Of a stretch of 64,000 nucleotides of DNA, positions 41,101 through 51,538 are shown one piece after another. Origin of the DNA: Desulfatiglandales bacterium. Lineage in GTDB: Bacteria; Desulfobacterota; DSM-4660; Desulfatiglandales; Desulfatiglandaceae. The stretch is from positions 2,656,001 through 2,720,000 of the forward strand of contig OY759599.1 in assembly GCA_963662465.1 (NCBI GenBank), read 5' to 3'. The notes under the pieces are model-generated. The model searched no databases. It saw nothing but the letters and a program-made list of their open reading frames with translations, and had not been told where the DNA came from. Numbering within the stretch: the first letter of the stretch is position 1; every line of letters begins with the position of its first letter. The position numbers and the translations under genes are program-made.

Positions 41101-42365
41101 TGCCCAGGATGCGCTTGTTGAAACCATTACCACCGCCGGTGACGGGGTTTACCTGTTCCAGAACCTCTCTGCCGGGACTTACACTGTGGAGGAAATCTAT
41201 CCATCCGGCTACACCGGTACAACCATCAACCGGGTAACAGTAACAGTGGGTGCGCAGGCAGCGGCCGAAAGCAGTGTGGCAACAGCGAACCGGGGAGTGG
41301 CAGCCGCCAACTTCGGCGTACTCCAGCAGGAATCCGTATCCGGGGTAGTGTTTAACGACACCAACAGCGGTGGCACGCAGGATTCCGGGGAAAACGGGGT
41401 GGGCGGGGTCTTAATTACACTGCTGGATGACAAGGGATCGACGGTTTCCGGCGCCCATACGGCGGGAGATGGCACTTACGGTTTTTACAACCTGCAACCG
41501 GGTGATTATGACATTGAGGAGACCTATCCAACCGGTTACACCGGCACCACCCCTCGAACCGTATCCGTCACTGTAACCGACGGTGGCGCCGCCACGGCCG
41601 GCTTTGGTATTCTGCAGGGGGACATCCCTGACCAGGTAACCCTTGAGGGTCCATCATCGGCAGCCCTGAACCAAGTATCCAATGTCTTTACCCTCACCAG
41701 CAAGAATAGTAATGGGGATATCTCCAACGTCACAAGCGATACCGTATTTTCCCTTGCGTCCAACTCGACCGGCGCCGCGAACTTCTACAGTGATGCGGCA
41801 GCCACCACAGTCATCACCCAGATGACCATTTTTGACGGTAATAACAGCGCCTCCTTCTATTATAAAGACACGGCGCCGGGCAACCCCACCATCACCGCCA
41901 CTCGCACCAGCGGCATGAATCTGGGAGCAGACACCTATCAAGTAACGGTGAACGGTTCTCCGAACACCCAGGCCGGCAATATCGTTTTCAGTAATATAAC
42001 CGGTACGGGAATGAAGGTGGCCTGGACCCGCGGCAACGGGGAAAAGGTCCTGATTGTGGTACACAAGGGGAGTGCCGTGGACACTAACCCTGTGGACAAT
42101 ACCGCCTATACGGCCAATGCAACCTTTGGTGGCGGCAGTGAGATCGGTACGGGAAACTTTGTGGTGTACAAGGGAACCGGAACGTCTGTGATTTTGACCG
42201 GCCTGTCAGCGGGCTGGATCTATTACGTACGGGCCTATGAATTTAATGATATCGTTGACGAGGTCTATAATACCAACACAGCCGCGAACAACCCCAACAG
42301 CCAGAGTACTCTCCCCAGTGCGCCGACGGCAACGGCGGCCACCGGCGCCACGGGGACAGGCTTTG

Positions 42366-42839
42366 CCGCCAACTGGAACGTCGCGACGGGAGCTACGGGT
42401 TACAGACTGGATGTATCGACGGAAACCAATTTCAGCAGTTATGTCACGGGATATCAAAACAAGGATGTGGGAAATATGACCACCGCTTCGGTAACCGGAC
42501 TGATGCCCCTTACGAAATACTTCTACCGTGTGAGGGCTTATCATGCCGGCGGGGTGAGTGAAAATTCCAATACCATCAGTGTCACCACCACTTTCAATGC
42601 CCCGGTAGCAACAGCGGCCACAGCCGTAACTGAGAAAAGCTTTACCGCCAACTGGAACGTCGCGACGGGAGCTACGGGTTACAGACTGGATGTATCGACG
42701 GAAACCAATTTCAGCAGTTATGTCACGGGATATCAAAACAAGGATGTGGGAAATATGACCACCGCTTCGGTAACCGGACTGATGCCCCTTACGAAATACT
42801 TCTACCGTGTGAGGGCTTATCATGCCGGCGGGGTGAGTG
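42366..42839 (+). repeat. 195-bp identical intragenic repeat (42366-42560 and 42645-42839) encoding tandem FN3 domains
   Basis: Offset 279 nt (93 codons); identical by eye. Confidence 0.9.
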
Positions 42840-43019
42840 GAAATTCCAATACCATTAATGTCACCACAGCAGTCCCTATTCCCACCCTGAATGAATGGGG
42901 TATGATCATCCTGGTGATGCTGATGATGGGTTCGACGCTTTTTGTCATGCGGCGAAAAAAGATGGAAGACTGAAGTCACCAAAAGGCTTTTTTCATTTGA
43001 CAAACGAATCCTATAGGCC

Positions 43020-43320
43020 GGTTCTATCCAAAATCGCCAGGAGACTTTGGATTTCATTTGGAATAGTGGTAGTGGTGCTTATGGGATACAAACAGGGTAT
43101 TTCTCAGTTTGAAGATCGGAAAACGGTTATTGATTCAAAATCCCCGGATAGCGCAGCTATGTTTTATGTGGCCCTTGAAGGGGATGACCGGAACCCGGGA
43201 ACCATTTCAAAACCCTGGGGCACCATCCAACGGGCCGCACGTTCAGCAAAAGCCGGCGACACCGTTTTGATAAGGAAAGGTCTTTATGCCATCAAAGATC
43301 CCATCCGACCTGCCAATCAA
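43020..43320 (+). pseudogene. N-terminal remnant of a secreted beta-helix (DUF1565-like) protein
   Basis: FYVALEGDDRNPGTISKPWGTIQRAARSAKAGDTVLIRKGLY; the frame then runs into the convergent gene. Confidence 0.7.
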
Positions 43321-43331
43321 GTGCATTCATT

Positions 43332-44873
43332 TTATTCTCCTTTTTCCGACAACCCCGTTTTCACGGGTTCGCCAACGACCTCGGAATACACTTCCTGTTC
43401 CTCAACCGCCGTTTCCGTGGGAGCAGCTTCTTCCGGCGCTTTTCCGGCGGGGTTGGCATAAACATCATTGAGTTTCTGCACATACCCATTGGCATCGGAT
43501 GCCACCTTCGCCAGCCGGGCCAGATTCCGGCGACCCCATCCGGCGGGCTTTCGCCGGAAAATACTGCGCCACCAGAAAGTGTTTTTGGTGAAGGCACGAA
43601 TATAGTTTTCGTGAGTCTCCTTCTCTTCAATCCCGGCCAGTATTTTTCGGGTCGCCTTCCCTTCTGCCCACCTGCGAATACGAAAATGGATATAAATGGC
43701 CACGGCTGCCAGAAACCCTGCCAGGCTCCATTTTCCCCAGGGATTTGACATTACGGTCTCCATATAAGGCAATCGCAGGGAAAACCCGTTCCAATAGCCG
43801 CCCCAAAGGGTAACAGCCAGAAAACACGCCAGCAAAAGCCCGAAAACAATACCGTCCAGCCAACACACACGGGCCCGCCAGTTTTCAAGGAATGCCTGGA
43901 TGCGGGGCGCCGCCTCCTTTTCCAGCATGCGGGCACGCTGTCCCAACATGCCCACGATACGGTACGCTCTCGCCACACGGACTTCCTCGATTCTCTCATG
44001 AATTCGAGCAACATCTTCATCCCGTTTGCGCAAAAAACGTTTCCGCAGGCTTTCGTCCTCAATGGGCATGCCGGCATCCGGATCATAGATGGTAAAGCAT
44101 CGCCCCGCGGTCATCCCCTTTTGCGCCAGTGCCCGCTGCCACGCGGCAAAGACCTGTTCAGGGTTGTCTTCCCGGGCCGTCATATCGATCTGATTGAGAA
44201 TATAGAGAAATTTGTTCGAATCATTTCTGTGAATCGTCCCCTTTACAAGGGTTTCAAGGGTATCACTCATGGAACCCGACTCCGGGTGCCGAGCATCAAA
44301 AAAAACCAGCACCAGATCGGACAAAGCCATAATATGGTTGGTTATTTTCAACGTCGCCGTTCGCTGGGCGTCGGCGTCGAATCCGGGAGAATCAATGATG
44401 ATCTTGCCCCGAAGCTTTTCACTGGGGCAGGTCTTCAGCTGCAAATAGGCATCCAGCCGTTGGCCTTCGCCGGGAGTCGCCCCGTCGATGGCCTCGGTGA
44501 TCCGATACAAGGGAAATCGAGGGTCCGCATCCAGGGCAAGCCCCGGGAGCTGTCGGACCCTGTCTTCATCACTGAAACAAATCACCGTAAATTTGTTGTC
44601 CACCGCCTGGTTTCCGGTGGCCTGCAGTTTGTAATTCAGGTACCGATTGATAAAGGTGGATTTTCCCGAGGAATAAACCCCGAGTACCGATATAAGGGGC
44701 CACCAGGGCACGCTGAAGGCATGGGATTGTTCTTTCGTAAAAAGGCCCATCTGCCGACTCACCAGATCCAGTTCTTTGAAACTCCTGACCACTTCCACCA
44801 ACACGGGGTTTTCCTGCTCCAGGTGCTGTTCCAGGCTTTTGATGCGGTGCTTAAGGGGATTTGATTCAACCAT
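43332..44873 (-). CDS. dynamin/EHD-like P-loop NTPase with two predicted TM helices
   Basis: G1 GVYSSGKS, G3 IDSPG, LVFFDA, G4-like LNQID; hydrophobic hairpin near the C-terminus. Confidence 0.8.
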   Translation of the reverse strand: MVESNPLKHRIKSLEQHLEQENPVLVEVVRSFKELDLVSRQMGLFTKEQSHAFSVPWWPLISVLGVYSSGKSTFINRYLNYKLQATGNQAVDNKFTVICFSDEDRVRQLPGLALDADPRFPLYRITEAIDGATPGEGQRLDAYLQLKTCPSEKLRGKIIIDSPGFDADAQRTATLKITNHIMALSDLVLVFFDARHPESGSMSDTLETLVKGTIHRNDSNKFLYILNQIDMTAREDNPEQVFAAWQRALAQKGMTAGRCFTIYDPDAGMPIEDESLRKRFLRKRDEDVARIHERIEEVRVARAYRIVGMLGQRARMLEKEAAPRIQAFLENWRARVCWLDGIVFGLLLACFLAVTLWGGYWNGFSLRLPYMETVMSNPWGKWSLAGFLAAVAIYIHFRIRRWAEGKATRKILAGIEEKETHENYIRAFTKNTFWWRSIFRRKPAGWGRRNLARLAKVASDANGYVQKLNDVYANPAGKAPEEAAPTETAVEEQEVYSEVVGEPVKTGLSEKGE

Positions 44874-44895
44874 TGCGATATTTTTTTCCTTTTTT

Positions 44896-44947
44896 ACTTA
44901 AAACTTAAAACTTAAAACCACGCCTGAACGGGCTTTTCATTCAGGCG
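44896..44947. repeat. intergenic hairpin plus (ACTTAAA)x3 heptamer array
   Basis: CGCCTGAA...TTCAGGCG at 44921-44947; heptamers at 44896-44916. Confidence 0.7.
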
Positions 44948-46189
44948 CTACATATGCTTATCGATATACACCGTCAGTTTTGCCAGGCTATACACATAGC
45001 TCCCGTATTCGTTGTCATACCACCCAAAAATCTTGGCGTGGGTCACCGGCAGTCTCACGTCATAGGCCTCCTTCATCCCGCATTGGATCAGCATCTCGGA
45101 CGGAATATGCAAGAATCCCGTACGCGTATGGGTGTCGTGCCCTTCCAGCACCACGGACGCCTGAAAACCGATGATATCCGCCGAAACATTCTGCTTTTCA
45201 CTGAAAACGAGCAACCCTTTCTGTGCGCCATTAGCGGCTTCTTTGTAAATATTATTCAGAAAATCACGATTCACCACCGGCGCCCCGGAATCGTTCATGG
45301 GAGAGGAAAAGGTCACATTCAAAACAATCAAAGACGCCGTATTGGTGGGTATCCGCACGGAATCCGCCATAAAACCGAATTTCCGGATCTCGGGCAGCAC
45401 CTGCTCAAGGGCCTTGGCCGCCCCCGTGGAGGTCAGGATAATATTGTTAAAAATGGAACGGTTTTTTCTCAGATCCTCGGCGCCTTTCTTGGGCGACGAA
45501 TCCAGAATGCTCTGGGTACTCGTGGCCGCATGGATGGTAGACATGGAAGCCGTCAGAATTTTGTTGGTTTCACTGTTTTCCAGCAGGGGCTTGATCATAT
45601 GACTCAGCCCGGTGGTGGTGCAACTTGCGGCGGAAATCACATGATGCCTGGCGGGATCAAAATCAAGATGGTTGATGCCGTAAATGAACATGCCGCTGTC
45701 TTCCGGCATTTTTCCGGCTTTGTCGGCGATTTTGGTGGGAGCGCTGATGATAACTTTTTCGGCGCCTGCCGCCAGATGCCCCCTCACGCTGGGCGTTTGG
45801 CTCCCCGAAGGCACGGTGGGATCTTTATGTGCCCCCGTACACTCCACCACCAATCGCACCCCGTACTGACGCCAGTTGATATCCTGGGGATTCCTGGCGG
45901 TTCTGAGAATCGTGACCGGCAGCCCGTCAACTTCAAGCAACCCTTTTTCGCTATCCAGAATTTTGATGTCAAAGGCGTTTTCGGAATACCCATACAAAAA
46001 CCGATTGAGGGTTCCATAGGTGGAATCTCTTGCAATGGTATGCACAACCGCCTCAAGCCCGGTCCCCACTTCTCTCCCGATATTCACGACAAATCCATCA
46101 AAATGTCGAAGCCGAATTTGTTCCCATAAGGTTAATTTGGCAATCCGACCCAGCCCATTAATTCCCAAAAGATTCTGATTATCAAACAT
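44948..46189 (-). CDS. divergent glyceraldehyde-3-phosphate dehydrogenase family protein
   Basis: INGLGRI, DSTYG, VVECTG, ASCTTTGL, STGAAKA, WYDNEYG; 413 aa with insertions. Confidence 0.88.
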   Translation of the reverse strand: MFDNQNLLGINGLGRIAKLTLWEQIRLRHFDGFVVNIGREVGTGLEAVVHTIARDSTYGTLNRFLYGYSENAFDIKILDSEKGLLEVDGLPVTILRTARNPQDINWRQYGVRLVVECTGAHKDPTVPSGSQTPSVRGHLAAGAEKVIISAPTKIADKAGKMPEDSGMFIYGINHLDFDPARHHVISAASCTTTGLSHMIKPLLENSETNKILTASMSTIHAATSTQSILDSSPKKGAEDLRKNRSIFNNIILTSTGAAKALEQVLPEIRKFGFMADSVRIPTNTASLIVLNVTFSSPMNDSGAPVVNRDFLNNIYKEAANGAQKGLLVFSEKQNVSADIIGFQASVVLEGHDTHTRTGFLHIPSEMLIQCGMKEAYDVRLPVTHAKIFGWYDNEYGSYVYSLAKLTVYIDKHM

Positions 46190-49100
46190 TAGGCACCTCC
46201 TTCACATACATTGGATGAATATTTGTTCCGCGTGTCATACACAATTTCAGTCGTTTTGATGGCATAACTGCCGCGATAGATATTCCCACGATGACCATCA
46301 ATTGAAATATCATCACCGACTTTGAAAAGGTTTTCGCCAATGGTACACTCCTTCTTCACGTCATTCACAAACAGATCCGCACAATTCACGATGCAGATTT
46401 TTCCGATTTTGGTGGCCGTCACAGCCGCATGGGACGTAACCCCTCCTCTGGCCGTGATCAAGCCGTCACATTTGAAAATCATGCCGATATCATCCGGAAC
46501 GGTATCGGGTCTTACCAGGATAGTCTTTTTTTCCGGATATTTTCCAGCAAAAAGCGCCAGATCATCATCGCCAAATGCCAGGATCCCACTGAGGGCCCCG
46601 CCACCGATACCGATGCCCCTGCCCACAAGGGCCATGTCTTCCATTTTGGGTTCAAACACTTTCACCAGGGTGTCGCACCGAATATTCTGACTGCGAACCT
46701 GGAGGATAAATAGATCTTCAGGTTTGTCGGACTCAAAAGTGAACTCGATTTCCTGATGGGCGAATCCAAGATTTTCAACCAGCTCCTTGGCGATGCCATA
46801 TAATCTCTTGTATATACCCGGAAAGGCCTCCTGAAGAGACGGGCCCTCCAGCCTTAATTGCTTCCGCTGGGTCTTACCCACCGGCAGCGAATGCACCAGA
46901 CCGGAAACGATGTCTTCCCCCTGGCTGCTTAAGTTGAAATCGCCAAACAGATGAACACCGGGCCGGCCGCGCGTCGGGTTGTGAGTAAACACCACGCCTG
47001 AACCCGATGTTTGGCTCCGGTTGCCGAAGACCATTTGCTGAACAATCACCGAAGTCCCCCAATCCTCGGATACCTTGAGGTGTTCACGATAAACCTTCGC
47101 CTGCTCATATAGCCAGGAATCAAACACAATGGAGATGGCCTTTTCCAATTGACGCATGGGATCCTGCTCAAACTCCTGGTTGTGCGCCTCAAGCACATTT
47201 TTGTAGGCAAACGCCACTTCCCTCATCTGCGCAACACTCAAACCGGTTTTGTATTGAACGTGGCATTTCCGTTTATGGTCGGAAATGACCTCGTCAAAGA
47301 CATCCCTTCGAATCGCATTGGCCATCCCCCAGTTTTGCAGCAGGCGACGGTAGGAATCCCATGCCGCCCATCCAAACCCCGGCTTCCTACTCAATGCTTC
47401 GGCAATGTCATCGTTCATGCCCACATTGACCAGCGTCACCATGGCGCCGGGCATGGAGACGGCAGCCCCGGATCTCACGGACAACAGAAGCGGGTTTTCG
47501 GGATTTCCGAATTCCCTGCCGCATATCTTTTCCAGCGCATGGATTTGAAACCTGATTTTTTCATCCAGTTCATCTTTCAACTGCGGATGTTTGTAGATGG
47601 CATGCCGTTCACGATATACCTCGGTGGTCAAGACAAATGCAGGCGGCACGGGAATGCCGGCCCCATACAGTTTTTTTAAAAAATATCCCTTTTCACCCAA
47701 AAATACCTTGTTGTCCATTTTGGGTGATCTTTGATCGAAAGGGCTCACAATCAAATCCGGGTTATACCGCATGATGCTGTTGATAATGTCAGGGCTGAAG
47801 TTGTCCACCATGTTGTGAAGCGTTTTCAAAATGCCGGTGATAAATCCATCAAATTTCTGCAAAAGAAAACAGTTGGATATCATTTCCCGGTTAAACTCTT
47901 CGGTTTTCTGCAAAAGGATTCTGTTTTTGTCTTCGGCGGAAAGGCCGGGCTCTTTCATGAAAAGTTGGGGGACAATCACATTCAGCGGGTATTCGTATGA
48001 TCGGATGAAATACTCATTGATGATTTCACGAATCCGTTCCGCCATAAATTCAAAAATATTGGTATATTGCCCCAGGCTGAAAGTGGAAGACGTCAGGCTG
48101 TATCGGAACATCTGAAGGTTGCTGTTAAACCCCTCGTTGCTGATGCCGTCAAGGGCCATGCCATCCTTGAAATATTCAAGAACCCTGTAAATGCGTTGGA
48201 GACTTGTGGCTGAAATATAGTTCAGATTGATATCATGGATGATGTTGTCCATCAAATGAGCGGCGACCCTTTCAAGCCTGAAAATAAGCCCCATGGCCTC
48301 AAATTTTTTTTCGCGGTAAATACCATACATGGACGGAATTCCGAAAGCCACATGCCGCTTATAATAAATGCTCTCCCATGCTTCGCTATGTTCGGGGTTT
48401 AAAATGATCTGCTTGAGGTTTTCTATAAACAGGAAAACCTTCCTCAACGCCCCTGAATGGTCCTTCTTCTCCATACAGATTTTAAAGTTCGATATCTCGT
48501 CATTGTTCAGGAAGCTGTATCGCTCCAGTATGGAAACAATATTGACGGTGTCAAAAGAATATTTTTCCCGCAGCAAGGCATACAAACGACAGATATGCAG
48601 AAACCTTTTTCGATCAACCTCATCTCCTTCCGGAACCGATGCCAACGCCTGCTCCAGGTCCCGGGGGTCCATATTCAGAAATTTTTCCGGTTTGCAATTC
48701 TGTTTCTCACAAAGGTCTTTCAGCAGGGTATGAATCGGCACAAACCATCTGCCCTTCAAATCAATGGAATCATACACATCCGTGGGAAATCCCCTTTGAA
48801 GGGTTTCCAAATTGCCATCGTACCAGAAACTGAATACTTTTCGGGTCAATTCAATGAGGGTATTGTTCCCTTCAATGTGGACCTGTTTTCTCAAAAAATG
48901 AACCAGTCGATCGTTTCGATGGGACAATTCATCCATGGCCGTGGTCACATGACGGATTTCCCCCTCGGCGCCGATCTCATTGAAATATACCGGAAAAATA
49001 GAGGAAAGCTGTTTTACTTTCTTATAAAAAGGTGAAACATTTGAATTCAGGATGTTGGTGATGTCCCGCTGAAAAAGATCCGTATCCGAGATATAAACGC

Positions 49101-50343
49101 CGCCCAGACGCAAATTAACGATAAGGGCTGAAAGCAGCTTCTCCGGAATGGAGGCGCCATATTTCAATATTTCAAGCCATACCCTGATATTTTTCAGATG
49201 GTTTTCATTGACGTGGGTTTTCCAGTCTTTGTCCACATAAACGATGCCCGGGAACTCAAATCCGAAGTCAATGAGTTTCTTTTCAAAATAATTGACGCGG
49301 AATTTATCCTCTGAATCGTCAATATCAATGATTTTTTTTCCGAGCGTGGCAATACAGTTCAGTATGGGAGAGGTATGATCACGCCGAAATACTTTGAACA
49401 TATCAAATATTTTGTCCAGAAACCCGAATATCTCGCTTAAATCGATTTCCCCCAGCACTCTTGCCAGCAGATAGTTGATATCGCGGATCAGGCGATCTTT
49501 CAGCCCGCTCATTCCGGGAAGATAGAGGAGATAGAAGGTATAGTAAAATTTTTCAATAAACTTGTCGAAGCTATCATTTAATTGCCTGAAATTATTTGCG
49601 ATATCACCATATGAAGGGATATCCTCAACCAGCGCGTCAAAGGTATCCGCCGCCTCTAGTTTTGCTTGAAGATCGGCAAAATATTCATGTCCGAGATTAG
49701 AGATGGCTTTTTGGTAGTCTTGATGGAAAATAGTTTGATTTTCAAGGTACCATTGTTCAATTCCGGTGGTTTCCCGCCAAAAATTGATATTGACGCCTAA
49801 AACATCCTTTGTTAATCCAAATATTTCGTTTTTAAAATCATCAAGATGTGCGGCCTTCCCGAGATGCTTTTTAAAAAACGCGGAACAGCAAATATAGATA
49901 TCACGATTTTTCACCAGGGTTTCTTTCAGCAACCGTATGCACGCTTCAACAATCCCTTTGTGTTTTCCCGGGAACTCCGTCAGCCGATCAATAAATTCCA
50001 CCAGGGTCCTGACAATGGTTTCCTTAAGTTTTGCATCGATACCGGACGATAAAAGTCCTCCCAGACTCTCAACCACCACCAGGAAAGCGTCATCCGAATT
50101 TTCCAGTTCCGAATAAAACCAGAAATCGTTGAGCGCAATGGTCCTGAGTTCCGCCACCACAAAAGCATGGTTCGCATAGGGGTGGTGGTATTCCGTCATG
50201 CACTTTTCAGCCCGCTCATGAATGCCGAAATGAGAACTGGAAAGATCGATAAATTCACGGTACCGTTTCGGCACATGAACTTTAATCTTCCGCGTTTCTT
50301 CTAAATTGACTTTCAGCGCTTCCGATTGAATTTTTTTCTCCAT
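46189..50343 (-). CDS. pyruvate phosphate dikinase-like protein: long unknown N-terminus plus ATP-binding and phospho-His domains, no pyruvate barrel
   Basis: LGEKG, PVPPAF, PLLLSVRSGAAVSMPGAM, QQMVFGN, QGEDIVSG, GGVTSHAAV; the protein ends just after the swivel domain. Confidence 0.85.
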   Translation of the reverse strand: MEKKIQSEALKVNLEETRKIKVHVPKRYREFIDLSSSHFGIHERAEKCMTEYHHPYANHAFVVAELRTIALNDFWFYSELENSDDAFLVVVESLGGLLSSGIDAKLKETIVRTLVEFIDRLTEFPGKHKGIVEACIRLLKETLVKNRDIYICCSAFFKKHLGKAAHLDDFKNEIFGLTKDVLGVNINFWRETTGIEQWYLENQTIFHQDYQKAISNLGHEYFADLQAKLEAADTFDALVEDIPSYGDIANNFRQLNDSFDKFIEKFYYTFYLLYLPGMSGLKDRLIRDINYLLARVLGEIDLSEIFGFLDKIFDMFKVFRRDHTSPILNCIATLGKKIIDIDDSEDKFRVNYFEKKLIDFGFEFPGIVYVDKDWKTHVNENHLKNIRVWLEILKYGASIPEKLLSALIVNLRLGGVYISDTDLFQRDITNILNSNVSPFYKKVKQLSSIFPVYFNEIGAEGEIRHVTTAMDELSHRNDRLVHFLRKQVHIEGNNTLIELTRKVFSFWYDGNLETLQRGFPTDVYDSIDLKGRWFVPIHTLLKDLCEKQNCKPEKFLNMDPRDLEQALASVPEGDEVDRKRFLHICRLYALLREKYSFDTVNIVSILERYSFLNNDEISNFKICMEKKDHSGALRKVFLFIENLKQIILNPEHSEAWESIYYKRHVAFGIPSMYGIYREKKFEAMGLIFRLERVAAHLMDNIIHDINLNYISATSLQRIYRVLEYFKDGMALDGISNEGFNSNLQMFRYSLTSSTFSLGQYTNIFEFMAERIREIINEYFIRSYEYPLNVIVPQLFMKEPGLSAEDKNRILLQKTEEFNREMISNCFLLQKFDGFITGILKTLHNMVDNFSPDIINSIMRYNPDLIVSPFDQRSPKMDNKVFLGEKGYFLKKLYGAGIPVPPAFVLTTEVYRERHAIYKHPQLKDELDEKIRFQIHALEKICGREFGNPENPLLLSVRSGAAVSMPGAMVTLVNVGMNDDIAEALSRKPGFGWAAWDSYRRLLQNWGMANAIRRDVFDEVISDHKRKCHVQYKTGLSVAQMREVAFAYKNVLEAHNQEFEQDPMRQLEKAISIVFDSWLYEQAKVYREHLKVSEDWGTSVIVQQMVFGNRSQTSGSGVVFTHNPTRGRPGVHLFGDFNLSSQGEDIVSGLVHSLPVGKTQRKQLRLEGPSLQEAFPGIYKRLYGIAKELVENLGFAHQEIEFTFESDKPEDLFILQVRSQNIRCDTLVKVFEPKMEDMALVGRGIGIGGGALSGILAFGDDDLALFAGKYPEKKTILVRPDTVPDDIGMIFKCDGLITARGGVTSHAAVTATKIGKICIVNCADLFVNDVKKECTIGENLFKVGDDISIDGHRGNIYRGSYAIKTTEIVYDTRNKYSSNVCEGGA

Positions 50344-50608
50344 ATTCTCCGCCCTGAATGAATTATTTTGCCTTGATCATCATCTCTAATTACAACTGCT
50401 GAAAAAAAAGTACAAGGGGGATATGGAAAAAAACCAAAAATGGGACCGATTAGTGATCACCCAGTGCTTCAACACAGGGACGTTTGAAAAATTATTCTTT
50501 TCAAAATCGCGCCGGATTGTGTATATGGAGGTAGCGTCAGGCAGGGAATCGAAAACAAAGCATATCAGGATCTGAAAACATCAGTTCCTTACAAACGGAG
50601 GTAAAAAA

Positions 50609-51193
50609 ATGAAAAAGACATTTATTGCGGCACTTTTACTGGTTCTATCCATTCATCCGGCAGCTTTTGGCGGCCTCTCGGACAATCCACGGGTCGTCAT
50701 GGAAACATCCAAGGGAACCATTGTTCTGGAGGTTTTTCCCGATGAAGCACCCGAGACCGTAAAAAACTTTTTGCAGTACGTGAGATGGGGACACTATGAC
50801 GGGACCATCTTTCACCGGGTAATTCCGGACTTCATGATTCAGGGCGGCGGTTTCACGCCGGACATGAAACGGAAAAGCACCGAAATGTCCATCCCAAACG
50901 AGGCGCACAACGGCCTGAAAAACGCACGGGGAACAGTGGCCATGGCGCGTACGCCGGATCCCCACAGCGCCACGGATCAGTTCTTCATCAACACCAAGAG
51001 CAATGGTTTCCTGAACCACACCAGCGAAACCCCACGGGGGTGGGGATATACCGTCTTCGGCAAGGTGGTCAAAGGGATGGACGTGGTGGATGCCATCTCA
51101 GGGGTCAAAACCGCCAAAAAGGGCATGATGGGCGACGTTCCGGTGACACCGGTCCGGATCATCAAAATGACCATTGAAGGCAATGGGAAATAA
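50609..51193 (+). CDS. exported cyclophilin-type peptidyl-prolyl isomerase
   Basis: Signal peptide; FHRVIPDFMIQGGG, AMART, QFFIN, VFGKV. Confidence 0.95.
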   Translation: MKKTFIAALLLVLSIHPAAFGGLSDNPRVVMETSKGTIVLEVFPDEAPETVKNFLQYVRWGHYDGTIFHRVIPDFMIQGGGFTPDMKRKSTEMSIPNEAHNGLKNARGTVAMARTPDPHSATDQFFINTKSNGFLNHTSETPRGWGYTVFGKVVKGMDVVDAISGVKTAKKGMMGDVPVTPVRIIKMTIEGNGK

Positions 51194-51208
51194 GGGCGGA
51201 TCAAAAGA

Positions 51209-51526
51209 TTACGCCATCTCGATGATAACGGTTCCTTTCGGCAAAATCTGCCCCTGTTTGGCATGAATCTTCTTGATAATGCCTGAAAACGGGGCCGTAA
51301 CCTTGTTGATCATTTTCATGGCTTCCAGAGAAAGCAACTCCTGGCCTTTAGCCACCGGATCCCCTGCCTTGACAAATATATCTTGGATCGTTCCCGGAAG
51401 GCTGTTCTTTACCATTTTCGGATTCTCTTTTTCCCACTTAGGCCGGTTTTCAAACTTGGCGGTATGGCGGGTCAAATAAAGGGTTCCATCGATATTGAGT
51501 AATTTATATTTTTTTTCGGTTGTCAT
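51209..51526 (-). CDS. biotin carboxyl carrier protein
   Basis: LEAMKM biotinylation motif. Confidence 0.92.
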   Translation of the reverse strand: MTTEKKYKLLNIDGTLYLTRHTAKFENRPKWEKENPKMVKNSLPGTIQDIFVKAGDPVAKGQELLSLEAMKMINKVTAPFSGIIKKIHAKQGQILPKGTVIIEMA

Positions 51527-51538
51527 GGTTCCAGTTCC

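Larger units (their letters stand above)
35320..42973 (+). pseudogene. giant repetitive cell-surface protein (FN3, InlB-B/Listeria-Bacteroides repeats, six SdrD-B-like repeats, IPTL-CTERM), interrupted by two frameshifts
   Basis: Signal peptide MKRLLAVC..AHA after AGGAGG; YYVRAYATN FN3 motifs; YTVTYNGNG/LYAQW repeats; six SG.VF.D.N..G..D..E.G repeats; C-terminus IPTLNEWG-TM-RRKK. Frame changes at ~38131-38180 and ~39172. Confidence 0.88.
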
